The translations under genes were made by a program, and so were the position numbers. A model generated the notes under the pieces. It was not told where the DNA came from, did not search any database, and saw only the letters and a program-made list of their open reading frames with translations. A stretch of 64,000 bases of DNA from Malacoraja senta (taxonomy: Eukaryota), in NCBI GenBank assembly GCA_038087875.1, contig JAXLNO010000143.1:124001-188000 (forward strand), read 5' to 3'. This document shows positions 12,866 through 24,484 of this stretch, piece by piece. Positions within the stretch are counted from its first letter, which is position 1. The number at the start of each line of letters is the position of its first letter.

Positions 12866-13975
12866 AAGGATAAACACATATGTGAGGATGCTCTTCATTG
12901 ACTATAGCTCTGCATTCAATACGGTCATCCCCACCAAGCTCACCACGAAACTCCACCAGCTAGGCCTCAGCTCGCCGATATGCGATTGGATCCTGAACTT
13001 TCTGACGGAGCGACCGCAGGCAATGAGACTGGGCCCGCACCTGTCCTCCACTATCACCCTGAGCACCGGCACACCACAGGGCTGTGTACTAAGCCCCATG
13101 CTCTACTCCCTCTTCACTCACGACTGTGTCCCTGCATTCGACAGCAATACCTTCGTGATGTTTGCAGACGACACAACAGTGATTGGGCTGATCACCAACG
13201 GTGATGAAACAAAATACAGAGCGGAGGTGCAGAACCTGGCGGACTGGTGCGCTCATAACTTGTCACTAAACACCTCCAAGGAGCTGATTATTGACTTCAG
13301 GAGGTCCCATAATGGAGAATACGCCCCAATCTCCATTTACGGGGAAAGTGTGGAGAGAGTGTCCAGCTTTAAGTTTCTGGGCACTCACATTTCAGAGGAC
13401 CTCACATGGTCCACCAACACCGCTGCGCTGGTCAAGAAGGCACAGCAACGACTGTTCTTCCTGAGGACATTAAAAAAGACTGTTCTGCCCCAACAGTTGC
13501 TGACAATGTTCTACCGCTGCACCACAGAGAGCATATTAACGTATGGCATCTCTGTGTGGTATCTCAGCTGCACGGAGGCGGAGAGGATCATTGGGACAGA
13601 GCTACCAGCCTTGGAGGGCATCTACCACACACGGTGCCTCAGGAAGGCCGTCAGCATCCATAAGGACTCATCACACCCTTGTAACGGACTGTTTGAACTA
13701 CTTCCCTCCGGCAGACGTTACAAGGCCTTCTACGCCCGAACCTCCAGACTCAGAAACAGCTTTATTCCAAGAGCTATAGTGGCTCTGAACCGGCCCTGCT
13801 GAGAGCCCCCTCCACCCACCCCCCCTCCCCCCTGGACATTCTCCCTCGGATGGTCACATCACTCAGCTTGCTTATTTATTTATTTTACTTTTCTTGCACA
13901 TCGGTGGAGCTGCATACTAAATCTCGTTGCACTGATGTGCAATGACAATAAAAGATATTATTATTATTATTAGTA
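12866..13975 (+). mobile_element. Rex1/Babar LINE, 5'-truncated, present only in the minus-strand duplicate arm
   Basis: ORF 12882-13802: [29 protein letters not shown]; (TAT)n tail. Empty site in the other arm near 53990-54005. Confidence 0.92.
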
Positions 13976-14350
13976 GTATTATAATGCGTTCAACTAACTA
14001 CCACTTAACCTATTTTACTTGATTACACTTTTATATCAGAGAACTCCAACATTCCTGCGAATGATATCACCTGGCAAAGAAACTCTAAGAATATAATAAA
14101 CATTTTGCACAATTTCAAGTTTTGTCAGATTGTAATAGGTTCTTTAATTTTGGTAATGTCACTGTTCTAATGATTTCTTACTGGTCAGAAATGTAAAATG
14201 CATTCTCAAACAAGGAGGTCAGACATCAGGGTGAAAGAGGGGCAGCAAAGCACTGATTTAGCTCAGAGATTGGGTGAGGGAGAGGATGCCAGCCTGAGCA
14301 GTGAACTGAGAATCACTGCTTTTCAGTTAGTTTTGAACTGTTTCAGTTAA

Positions 14351-14860
14351 GGGCCTGTCCCACAGGCATGCAACTCCATGCGGCAAGCGCGACCTAACCG
14401 CAAGCGGGGGCCGCGCGAAGGTCGAGTGATCCCCGCCCGCACAGGGCCGATCCCACCAGCATGCGGCTGCACGCGGCAAGCGCTACCAAACTGGAAGCGG
14501 GTCCGCGCGGAGGTCGAGTGACGTCAAGACGGTGCGTACGGCGGCGCGCACAGCCGTTGAGGCGCCTGCGTCCGGCGTCGAGGCGGCGGCCTCGAGGCGT
14601 CTGCGTCCAGCGTCGAGGCGGTGCGCACGGTCGTCGATGCAGCGCGCACGGCCTCGATGCGGCTGTGGGGCAGCAGGCCGTTGCCGCACGGAATTTTTGA
14701 ACAGTGTTAGTTTTTCGGAGCCCCGCGCGATGTCGGGACCAGCTCTGGACAACTCCATACGGCTCCGGCGATCGAAGTGGGACCGGCCCCGCGACCTCCG
14801 CGCGGCCCCCGCTTGCGGTTAGGTCGCGCTTGCCGCATGGAGTCGCATGCCCGTGGGACA
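14351..14860. mobile_element. PIF/Harbinger-type MITE, GC-rich, long TIRs
   Basis: TAA|GGGCCTGTCCCAC left end; ~70-nt inverted repeat (GGCATGCAACTCCATGCGGCAAGCGCGACCTAACCGCAAGCGGGGGCCGCGCG vs its reverse complement at about 14790-14860); right tip deleted; absent from the other arm. Confidence 0.8.
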
Positions 14861-14893
14861 GCAAGTAAGAATTTCAATATTCTATCTGGGACA

Positions 14894-15593
14894 TCTATCT
14901 TCTTCTACACTATTACTAAAACTCTCATCTTGATCACTTCCGGTCTGCGTTGTAGACTAAGCTACCCTATATCGCTGGGATTTTTAAGCCACCTTACTCA
15001 CCGTTCTCTGCTGCTCCATGTTTTGTTCCGCTCGGTGAAATATTAGGAAAGTTATTGGTCTGTTATTCGCCAGGATGGCAACGCCCCTTCCTGCACCGGC
15101 TATCAATCACCGGCCGCGAGAATAAAGCTGAAGGAGCGTGGACTGTGCTCTGTGTTCTGTGAGCGCGGACTGTGTTCTGTGAGCGGGGTCTGTGTTCTGT
15201 GAGCGGGGGCTGTGTTCTGTGTTCTGTGAGCGGGGTCTGTGTTCTGTGAGCGGGGTCTGTGTTCTGTGAGCGGGGACTGTGTTCTGTGAGCTGGGGCCCA
15301 CACCACCCCTTCCCCTACCTGCACACATCCCCCCCTCACCCACTCCCCTCCCACACATTACTCCACAATCCCCCCTACCACACACACCACCCCTCTCCCA
15401 AATGCACCGCTTTCCACATGCACCCCCTCCCCTACCCCACAACCCCCACCCCCGCCAATGAAGCCGTCCCCCTCCCCCGGCTACAGAACGCTCCCGTCGT
15501 TGAGTTGCGGGAACAGGTGAGTGGTGGAATATTGCGTTGGGGGACCAGCCCTCCCGTGTGAACATGGGACCCAATGGGTTCCACTTAGTCTAG
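14894..15593 (+). mobile_element. Non-autonomous Helitron (copy in arm 1)
   Basis: 5' TC(TATC...TACACTATTACTAAAA), 3' hairpin GGGACCC-AAT-GGGTTCC followed by CTAG, no target-site duplication, inserted in a Rex1-like tail. Internal 20-nt tandem array at about 15135-15292. Confidence 0.78.
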
Positions 15594-15810
15594 CATGACA
15601 AAACTCTCTTGACTCTTGACTTGATGACTGATTAGACTGCAAAATAATTCAACTACAAACAATTTGTAATAAAAACAGAGCATTCAGGAGATACCCAGCA
15701 AGTCAGGCAGCATTTGTGAAGGATAAAACACAGCTCACATTTCAGGATGATCTTTCATCAACAAATATCAAACCTGCTGAGTATTTTCCATGATTAACTA
15801 TTGGAGTCAC

Positions 15811-16083
15811 CACCCATGAATACCCACTGACAGCAGCTTCTTCTTCATTTGAAACCTCTCCTTCATAGGGTCCAAAATGAACGCCCCTGGGAATAACCTT
15901 CCCTTCATTCAGAACGCCAAGACCAGCTTTACGAATTTTGGACGTGGCAATCCTGAGACCCTCTAGAAGAGTTAATCGTGTTCTAACTGGGTGATTGGAA
16001 TCAACGACAGTGTCCTTCATAAAGACTGGTGGGCCGTGCGCAGGGCATTCTTCAATAAAAAAAATTCCCGCAGGCTTCACAAA
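15811..16083 (-). pseudogene. PRDM9: PRDM9 zinc-knuckle/PR-SET exon 1, minus copy, frameshifted
   Basis: tttcAG|TT CEACGNFF, +1 T frameshift, IEECPAHGPPVFMKD...GLGVLNEG...HFGPYEG...SGYSWV. 273 nt vs 272 nt in the plus copy; donor lost GTAA. Confidence 0.93.
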
Positions 16084-17433
16084 CTGAAACAGAAAATTAA
16101 GAACTGATCAGGGTGTTGGCATTATTGAAAGTGGCTGGACTTTGTACTGAAAATGCTCAATGATCCACAAAAGATGTTATCTTTTTAGAAGTATATCAGA
16201 AAATCATATTACGATGATGCAGATGCTGTGCAGAAGATTACTCTTCTGAGGAAGCATTCAAAATGTGAGAGGTTAATAGTGGCCAATCTGTAAAGAATCC
16301 CTTCATGATGTTTGTCTGTCACCATGAATATCTTGGAGGTAAGATGCCGCTATTTAATTCCAAATGACAGCTGTGTTGACCTGTACGGATATTTATAAAC
16401 ATCAAGAGAAAAATCCTGACCACAGAGAATAATTTTAAATATAGGAATAACAAGCATGATGTAATGTAGAGAGTATGTTTCACGGTAACATGGGTACATG
16501 GTGTCAACTCCAAGAAATGTGTGTTGAAGGATAAAAGTCTATTATGTGAACTAATGAAGCATTTGTAACCAGGCAGATGAATTAAGACCATAGACATAGA
16601 CAATAGGTGCAGGAGTAGGCCATTTGGCCCTTCGAGACATTCAATGTGATCAAGGGTGATCATCCACAATCACTACCCCGTTCCTGCCTTCTCCCCGTAT
16701 CCCTTGACTCCGCTAGCCCTCAGAGCTCTATTTAACCCTCTCTTGAATGCATCCAGTGAATCGCCCGCCACTGCCTTCAGAGGAAGGGAATTCCATAAAT
16801 TCACAACTCTGGGTGAAAACATTTTTCCTCATCTCAGTTCTAAATAGCCTACCCCTTGTTCTTAAACTGTGGCCCCTGGTTCAGGACTCCCCAAACATTC
16901 TCAAATTAGGAGAGCAAAATGGCACACAATACTCCAGGTTTGGTCTCACCAGGGACCTGTATAACTGCAGAAGGACCTCTTTGCCACTATACTCAAATCC
17001 TCTCGGCAGGAAACATGTTCGCGATGTTCGCGGACTCCAGAACCAGGGGCACAGTTTAAACGTAAGGGTTAGGCCATTTAGAATGGAGATGAAGTTGTGA
17101 ATCTAGAATTCTCTGCCTCGGAAGGCAGTGGCGGCCGGCCGAGTCTCTGGATGCTTTCAAGAGAGTTAGATAAAACTCTTAAAGATAGCGGAGTTAAGGA
17201 ATATGGGGAGAAGGCAGGAATGGGGTACTGATTGTGGATGATCAGCCATGATCACAGTGAATGGCGGTGCTGGCTCGAAGGGCCGAATGGCCCACTCCTG
17301 CACCTATTGTCTATTGTTATGAAGGTCAACATGCTATTAGCTTTCTTCACTGCCTGCTGTACCTGCATACTTACTTTCAGTGACTGGTGTACAAGGACAC
17401 CCAGGTCTCATTGCACTTCCCCTTTTCCTAATC

Positions 17434-20400
17434 TTTTTTTTTTTTTAATATTTTTTTATTATTGGAGATAAGTACACAATTTATTTACATCATTACAGTC
17501 TAACATTTTTAAATTGATAATATTATCAATTATTATTACATTGTCTCCAATACCTTTTGCCTTTTTTTTTAAAAACTAGATAGAACTAAAGAGATAGATG
17601 AAGTAAAGAAAGAAAAGAAAGAGAAGAAGGAAAAAAAAAAAAATTTACGAATTATCCTACAAATAATTCCTGTTTGTCCAACAGGGAAAATCTAATTCTT
17701 TCCACGTTTAAGGTCTCCGTCATTTCTATAATCCACATTTTGATTGTGGGGGCCGTAGGGCCTTTCCAAAATTTTAGAATTAATTTTTTTCCTGTTATTA
17801 AACTATAATCAATAAAGTTTCTTTGTGTTGTTCTAAATGTTTGATTTAATTCTAATATTCCGAGTATTATTAATTTTGGATCTGGGTCCAATTGTGTGCC
17901 GGTTACTTTAGATATTATACTGAAAATATTTACCCAGAATTTTTTAATTTTTATACAGTTTGCAAACATATGAGATAATGTAGTTTCTAAATATTGACAT
18001 TTATCACATATAGGTGAGATATGTTGAAAATTTTTATGTAGTTTTGTTTTTGAATAATGTAACCTATGTATTACTTTAAATTGTATTAGAGAATGTCTGG
18101 CGTTTAGTGAGCACTGATGTATGTGTTGCAAACTTTCTTCCCAAGTATATTTCGTTATTACTTGATTTAATTTTTTTTCCCATGTTTGTCTGTGTAATTC
18201 CGTCGAAGGAATGTCACTGTCTAATAAGATATTATATATATAAGATATTAATTTTTCTGTATTAGGATGTTTGTTCCAACATTCATCAAGAATTTCTGAA
18301 TTTCTAAATCGAAAATTTTGAGAGTTCGATTTTACATAATCTCTAAATTGAAGATATCTGAAATAATCATTTCCTCGAAGTCCACAAGTCTGTTGCAACT
18401 CCTGAAATGTCAGAAAGGTGCCTTCCTTATAAAGTTGTCCCATATTTTTAATTCCATAATTCTTCCATTGTGTAAAACCCCCGTCCAACCATGAAGGCTT
18501 AAACAAAGGGTTATTCACAATTGGAAGAAAAAGTGATAAATTATCTAATTTTAATGTATTTTTTAATTGTTTCCAAATTCGTATAGCACTAAATATTATA
18601 GGGTTTTCCCTATAAATTTTTTTGTTTAATTTAGACGTAGCAAATAATATCGAACCGATATCAAAAGGTAAACAATCTTCCTTTTCCATTTTTAACCAGT
18701 CTGGTTGATGATCTATTTCTTCCAACCAGAAATTCATATTTTTAATATTAACAGCCCAGAAATAAAACAAAAAGTTGGGTAAAACCAAGCCTCCATTTAT
18801 TTTTGATTTACACAAGTGTCTTTTGTTTATCCTATGATTCTTATAATCCCAGATAAAATCATTAACAATAGAGTCCAGTTTTATAAAAAAGTTTTTTGTC
18901 AGATATATCGGAATTGTCTGAAAAAGGTATAATATTTGCGGTAAAAAAATCATTTTTATAGCATTAATTTTGCCAACCATTGAGATAGGAAGTGTTTTCC
19001 AGTATTGAATATTCTTATGTAGTTTGTTCAGTAATGGGGGAAAATTTGCTTTAAATAATGATGTATATCTCTTAGTTATATAAATACCTAGATATTTAAA
19101 TTTTTCATTTACTATTTTAAATGGAAATTGTTGTATTATCTGTTTGTTATGTTCCCTTATTGGCATAATTTCACTTTTATTCCAATTCATTCTGTATCCT
19201 GAAAGTGAACCAAATTGGGTTATTAGCTTTAATAAGTTTGGAATACTAATGTCTGGTTTTGTAATGTAAATTAATACATCATCTGCGTATAGAGAAATTT
19301 TATTCACTGTGTCCTTTGTGTTATACCCATGTATTTCCGGATGCCCCCTAACTCTTTCTGCCAGTGGCTCAATAGCAAGCGCAAATAATAATGGAGATAA
19401 CGGGCATCCTTGTCTACAACCTCTAGATAGGCTAAATTTAGATGACAACCTTTGGTTTGTAAGTATTCTAGCCGTGGGATTTGTATATAACAGTTTTATC
19501 CATGTACAGAATTTCTCCCCTAGCTGCATATTTTCCATCACCGAAAATAAATAAGACCATTCCACCTGATCAAATGCTTTTTCAGCGTCAAGTGAGATTA
19601 TTGCTAGATCTTCGTTAATAATTCTCTTGGAATATATAATATTAAATAATCTTCTTAGATTATAATATGAATACCGTTTCTGAATAAAGCCTGTTTGGTC
19701 AGGGTGTATTAATTTATTCATCACTGTACTTAATCTATGCGCTAGTATTTTAGTTAATATTTTCTGATCTGTATTTAAAAGTGCAATTGCTCTGTATGAT
19801 CCCGGGTCTTCCGGATCTTTATCAGCTTTAGGAATAAGTGTTATTATAGATTCATTTAAAGTGTCTGGAAGTTTCTGTTGAGTATAGATATATTCATACA
19901 GTCTTTGTAAACGTGGGCAAAGCAAATCATAATTTTTTTTATAAAATTCGGAGCCTAAACCATCTGGTCCTACTGCTTTACCATTTTTTAAAGAACCAAT
20001 AGACTCTTCAATATCCTTTATCGTAATCTCCCTTTCTAATAATTCTCTATCGTTTGAATCTAAACCTTTTAAATTACATTTTAGTAAAAAATCTGCTATT
20101 CCTTCTGGTTGTGCTACTGTTTTAGTTGAATAAAGGTTATAATAGTATTGGAGAAATCTATCATTTATGTCCTTGGGCATTTTTAATAATTCTCCTGTCT
20201 CTGTTCTAATTTTATGAATTATTTTTTCCCCTTCCATTTTTCGTAACTGACGTGCTAATAGTTTTTGTGGTTTGTCTCCAAATTCAAAATGTAATTGTTT
20301 GGTTTTTTGATAATGTTTTATTACTTGTTCTGAATACATTTTATTTAATTTATATTTCAATACAACAATTTTATTATGTTTTAAAGTAGATGGCATTCTC

Positions 20401-21346
20401 GCATTTTCTATATCTAGTTGCTTGATTTCGCTTTCCAATGTTTGTTGCTTAATCCTGTTCTCATTATTATAAAATGCTTGAGCAGAAATTAATGTACCTC
20501 GAACATACGCTTTAAACGTTTCCCACATAAGAGAAGTAGGTGTGTCAGGGTTGTCATTTACCTCAAAAAATATTTGAATCTGTTTAATAATATATTCCTG
20601 GCATGATCTTTCATTCAAAATTTGTGGGTTAAATCTCCAATATGTTTGTTTCTCGGACATTCCATTCAATTTAATCATGAATGTTACAGGTGCGTGATCT
20701 GAGATTATAATGTTATGGTATTTTAAATTATAAATAAATGGGGTAAACGTAGAGTCAACTAAAAAATAATCTATTCTTGAGTATGTTTTATGTACTGGTG
20801 AGTAAAATGAATATTCCCGTCCAGTTGGGTTTTCTATTCTCCAGACATCCTTAATATTAGAGGTATTAATAAATGAATTTAGAAATACACTTGATTGGGA
20901 TTTTACTTTTTTTTGCCTTGATGATCTATCTAAATATGAATCTAATGTACAATTGAAGTCTCCTCCAATTATTAATTTATATTGTGTAAATTCTGGAATT
21001 TTATTAAATGTTTTATTAAAAAACATGGGGTTATCAAAATTAGGCCCATATACATTCAGAAGAATCACTTTTTCTCCATTTAACTCTCCAACTAGTATAA
21101 TATATCTACCATCAATATCCACTATTGTTGAAGAGTTCGTAAAAGGTATTCCTTTACGAATTAATATTGCAACTCCTCTGGACTTGTGGGAAAAGGAGGA
21201 ATGATATGCTTCAGCGATCCACTTAGCTTTAAGTCTATGTTGAGATTCCTTTTTAAGGTGTGTTTCTTGAAGAAATATTACATCTGTTTTGATTAAATTT
21301 AAATGTGCCAAAACTTTACCTCTTTTAATTGGTTCATTGATTCCCT
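17434..21346 (-). mobile_element. L1-clade LINE, 5'-truncated at the start of ORF2, poly(A) tail, inserted in a CR1 fragment
   Basis: Poly-T at 17434-17446; host CR1 continues on both sides (CCTAATC | GACACCATTCAGATAATAATC). Confidence 0.93.
17652..21311 (-). CDS. L1 ORF2 (APE endonuclease, reverse transcriptase, C-terminal Cys motif), open 1219 aa
   Basis: FLQETHL, GGDFN, SRIDYF, SDHAPV; GPDG, DAEKAFD, QGCPLSP, YADD; CDKC..H...C. The frame extends upstream to GINEPIKRGK at the truncation point, so the native start is missing. Confidence 0.92.
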   Translation of the reverse strand: MAHLNLIKTDVIFLQETHLKKESQHRLKAKWIAEAYHSSFSHKSRGVAILIRKGIPFTNSSTIVDIDGRYIILVGELNGEKVILLNVYGPNFDNPMFFNKTFNKIPEFTQYKLIIGGDFNCTLDSYLDRSSRQKKVKSQSSVFLNSFINTSNIKDVWRIENPTGREYSFYSPVHKTYSRIDYFLVDSTFTPFIYNLKYHNIIISDHAPVTFMIKLNGMSEKQTYWRFNPQILNERSCQEYIIKQIQIFFEVNDNPDTPTSLMWETFKAYVRGTLISAQAFYNNENRIKQQTLESEIKQLDIENARMPSTLKHNKIVVLKYKLNKMYSEQVIKHYQKTKQLHFEFGDKPQKLLARQLRKMEGEKIIHKIRTETGELLKMPKDINDRFLQYYYNLYSTKTVAQPEGIADFLLKCNLKGLDSNDRELLEREITIKDIEESIGSLKNGKAVGPDGLGSEFYKKNYDLLCPRLQRLYEYIYTQQKLPDTLNESIITLIPKADKDPEDPGSYRAIALLNTDQKILTKILAHRLSTVMNKLIHPDQTGFIQKRYSYYNLRRLFNIIYSKRIINEDLAIISLDAEKAFDQVEWSYLFSVMENMQLGEKFCTWIKLLYTNPTARILTNQRLSSKFSLSRGCRQGCPLSPLLFALAIEPLAERVRGHPEIHGYNTKDTVNKISLYADDVLIYITKPDISIPNLLKLITQFGSLSGYRMNWNKSEIMPIREHNKQIIQQFPFKIVNEKFKYLGIYITKRYTSLFKANFPPLLNKLHKNIQYWKTLPISMVGKINAIKMIFLPQILYLFQTIPIYLTKNFFIKLDSIVNDFIWDYKNHRINKRHLCKSKINGGLVLPNFLFYFWAVNIKNMNFWLEEIDHQPDWLKMEKEDCLPFDIGSILFATSKLNKKIYRENPIIFSAIRIWKQLKNTLKLDNLSLFLPIVNNPLFKPSWLDGGFTQWKNYGIKNMGQLYKEGTFLTFQELQQTCGLRGNDYFRYLQFRDYVKSNSQNFRFRNSEILDECWNKHPNTEKLISYIYNILLDSDIPSTELHRQTWEKKLNQVITKYTWEESLQHIHQCSLNARHSLIQFKVIHRLHYSKTKLHKNFQHISPICDKCQYLETTLSHMFANCIKIKKFWVNIFSIISKVTGTQLDPDPKLIILGILELNQTFRTTQRNFIDYSLITGKKLILKFWKGPTAPTIKMWIIEMTETLNVERIRFSLLDKQELFVG

Positions 21347-21542
21347 TCAGACACCATTCAGATAATAATCTGCCTTCTTGTTCTTGCGACCAAAGTGGAT
21401 AACCTCACATTTATCCACATTAAACTGCATCTGCCACGTATCTGCCCACTCACCCACCTTATCCAAGTCACCTTGCGGCCTCACAGCTTCCCCTTCACAG
21501 TTCACATTGCCACCCAGCTTTGCGTCATCTGCAATTTGCTAA

Positions 21543-21840
21543 AGCCCCTGTCCCACTGTACGAGCTAATTCATGAGTTCTCCCGAGTTTTCCCGATTCGA
21601 ACTCGGAGAATGTCCGTAGCGGGTCCGTAGGAGTTCGTGGATCTCTCATAGCGGCTTGTAATGCTAACGGTAGGTATAAAAAGTAACAACTTTTTTCATC
21701 ATGTGTATTTTTTTACTCGTGGCCATTTTTTACAGGGATGAAAAAACGTCATGAGTTACCGGATGTCCTGAGTACTTACCGTTAGCAATACGAGCCGCTA
21801 CGAGACATCCACAAACTCCTACGGACCCGCTACGGACATT
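21543..21840. mobile_element. Harbinger-type palindromic MITE, left portion (cut at inversion breakpoint)
   Basis: TAA|AGCCCCTGTCCCACTGTACGAG; internal arms are inverted repeats; right arm stops at CGGACATT (21840). Confidence 0.85.
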
Positions 21841-22935
21841 TGCTATGAGAATGCAGGGTGACTTGGGCAGGTTGGGAGAGTGGGCAGATGAAAGGGTCCC
21901 TTTCAGAATGGCAGGCTGTGACTAGTGGGGTACGGCAAGGCTCCGTGCTGGGACCGCAGCTATTTACAATATACATCAATGATTTGGATGAAGGGATTCA
22001 AAGTAACATTAGCAAATTTGCAGATGACACAAAGCTGGGTGGCAGTGGGAACTGTGAGGATGGTGCTATGAGCGTGCAGGGTGACTTGGACAGGTTGGGG
22101 GAGTGGGCAGATGCATGGCAGATGAAGTTTAATGTGGATAAATGTGAGGTTATCCGCTTTGGTAGCAAAAACAGGAAGGCATGTTACTATCTAAATGGCG
22201 TCAAGTTGGGAAAAGGGGAAGTACAACGGGATCTGGGGGTCCTTGTTCATCGGTCAATGAAAGTAAGCATGCAGGTACAGCAGGCAGTGAAGTAAGCCAA
22301 TGGCATGTTGGCCTTTATAACAAGAGGAATCGAATATAGCAGCAAAGAGGTCATTCTGCAGTTGTACAGAGCCCTAGTGAGACCACACCAGGAGTATTGT
22401 GTGCAGTTTTGGTCCCCTAATTTGAGGAAGGACATTCTTGCTATTGAGGGTGTGCAATGTAGGTTCACCAGGTTAATTCTCGGGATGGCGGGACTGTTGT
22501 ATGCTGAGAGAATGGAGCAGCTGGGCTTGTACACTCTGGAAATTAGAAGGATGAGAGGGAATCTTATTGAAACATATAAGATTGTTAAGGGTTTGGACAC
22601 GCTAGAGGCAGGAAACATGTTCCCGATGTTGGGGGAGTCCAGAACCAGGGGCCACAGTTTAAGAATAAGGAGTAAGCCATTTAGAACGGAGACGAGGAAA
22701 CACTTTTTCTCACAGAGAGTGGTGAGTCTGTGGAATTCTCTGCCTCAGAGGGCGGTGGGGGCAGGTTCTCTAGATACTTTCAAGAGAGAGCTAGATAGGG
22801 CTCTTAAATATAGCGGAGTCAGGGGATATGGGGAGAGTGGCAGGAACGGGGTACTGATTGGGGATGATCAGCCACGATAACATTGAATGGAAGGAAGGGC
22901 CGAATGACCTACTCCTGCACTTATTGTCTATTGTT
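21841..22935 (+). mobile_element. CR1-clade LINE, 3' part
   Basis: SGVRQGSVLGP, KFADDTKLGG, YRALVRPH, TRGHSL, FFSQRVV; (CTATTGT)n tail. Confidence 0.92.
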
Positions 22936-23080
22936 GGGGGTTCAGTGTGACTGGGTGTCCTGTGGGAGGGTGTGTTCAGTACAGAGGTGGGGAGGAGATG
23001 GAGGAGGCAGAGGGGATGGGTGACTTTGCTTCAGTTGACCAGGTGGAGGAAGGGAGTCTGTGGATCCCCGGAGCACGTAC

Positions 23081-23163
23081 CTGGACATCGATCAAGGAGA
23101 TGGCCGTTGTTAGCTGGTACCAGGCTGTGCCCAACCACCAGTACACCAGGGGCAGAGCTTTTT
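23081..23163 (-). pseudogene. SUN2: SUN2-like hydrophobic-segment exon, disabled
   Basis: KALPLVYWWLGTAWYQLTTAISLIDV matches recalled SUN2 RLFRLLYWWAGTTWYRLTTAASLLDVFVLTR. Acceptor is cGG rather than cAG; the FVLT codons are missing (about 11-nt deletion) before |GTACGT. Confidence 0.85.
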
Positions 23164-24401
23164 CCGAAAGAGACAGCAACACAACATTAGACAAGGTTGG
23201 GCCTGATGCTTCCCATCAGTGGAAGCGGAGAGAGCTCAGACTCTCCAACACGGAACCCACTGATACTGTGGAACCACGTCAGGCTGAGAGACCTTCTCCC
23301 CTGCAGGGACAACCACAGAAAGTCCACCGCAAGGTGGTGGCAGGAGAACCCAGGGGAGCTGTATGGAACCCGAGAAAAAAATAGGTTGCAAGGATATCAA
23401 CGGGACAACAGCACTGATGGCAGTACTGCTGAGGCCACGACGGGCCGAATGGCCTCCTTTTGTATTCAGACTAAATAAACGGGAGATTGTCAATGACACT
23501 TCCACCGAGCAGGGAGTATCACCTTTCAACACAGAGAGAGATTGCCTGGTTGTGGATGGATAGCTGCCCCCTCTGTCCCAGTCAATCTTATCCCACAACC
23601 AACATGGGCAGAGATAGACACAAAAAGCTGGAGTAACTCAGCAGGACAGGCAGCATCTCTGGAGTAAAGGAATAGGTGATGTTTCGGGTCGAGACCCTTC
23701 TTCAGACTGAGAGTCAGGGGAAAGGAAAACAAGCGATATAGACGGTGATGTAGAGAGATATGGAACAAATGAATGAACGATATGCAAAAAAGTAACGATG
23801 ATGAAGGAAAGGGTCCATTGTTGGTTGGCTGTGGGCTCGGTGTTAACGAATTATAAAGACAATGAAACTCACCAGGACGACAGTGAAACTAGTACAATGA
23901 CTAAGGAGGGGGAGGGACGGAGAGAGAGGGTTACTTGAAGTTAGAGAAATCTAGATTTATTGAACGTGGGCACGTATGCTGATCACCACAATGCTGTGTG
24001 CGAGCTTAGCCACGGTCTACCACCTTACACTACATTTCAAAAGTGTCCTTGGTGCCATACAGCTGGGGAAATCTAAAGGAGATCCTATTCTTTCATCACC
24101 CCAGTGACCCTGGGATACAAACCAGGCCTCCCTTAGGTGTTACAACATGACTTCAGTCGGGATCGAGTAACTGAACATTGACAGTCAGTCGTCTCTTGAC
24201 TCTATGGTCCTCTGGGCAACTCACCACTCATCTCAGTGAGTGACCCAGTGAGGCTGAGGGAACATACTGGAGTACCAAGCTGGAAGGCGGCTTCCTCCCG
24301 CACTGACTGTGGGCCTAGGCTGCACGAACAACAGAGCACTGGGGACCAGGCCTTGTGCAATCCCTGGGAGTTTAAGGAGGGAGCAGCGGGCTCTACCTCA
24401 C

Positions 24402-24484
24402 CACTGGGTCCACTATCAGTAGGGCACTGGTTGACTGGAGCAGAGTTCTGGCATGGGGAGAGACCGATTCAGAGTACGCCAATC
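24402..24484 (-). pseudogene. Possible SUN2-like internal exon
   Basis: Polypyrimidine tract plus CAG acceptor and GTGAGG donor; reads (G)LAYSESVSPHARTLLQSTSALLIVDPV in phase with the previous exon. No strong homology. Confidence 0.4.

Larger units (their letters stand above)
12822..17313. repeat. Inverted segmental duplication, arm 1 (partner 50363-54039)
   Basis: Unique intronic sequence, the SET exon, the Helitron and CR1 fragments match the reverse complement of 50363-54039; roughly 4% substitutions in the exon by eye. Confidence 0.95.

Noticed and set aside
14394..14864. GC-rich ORFs or CpG-island promoter
   Set aside because: Entirely inside a TIR-bounded MITE that is absent from the duplicate arm.
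15742..16080. ORF-track proteins 15742-16080 and 52417-52722 as stand-alone genes
   Set aside because: They are single internal PRDM9 exons read past their splice sites.
16319..16669. 116-aa ORF present in both arms (also 51837-52187)
   Set aside because: Begins in a CR1 tail and runs into intron sequence; the similarity is explained by the duplication.
23290..23375. Additional SUN2 exon (DFLWLSL-like)
   Set aside because: Splice sites are non-canonical and the similarity is too weak to call.
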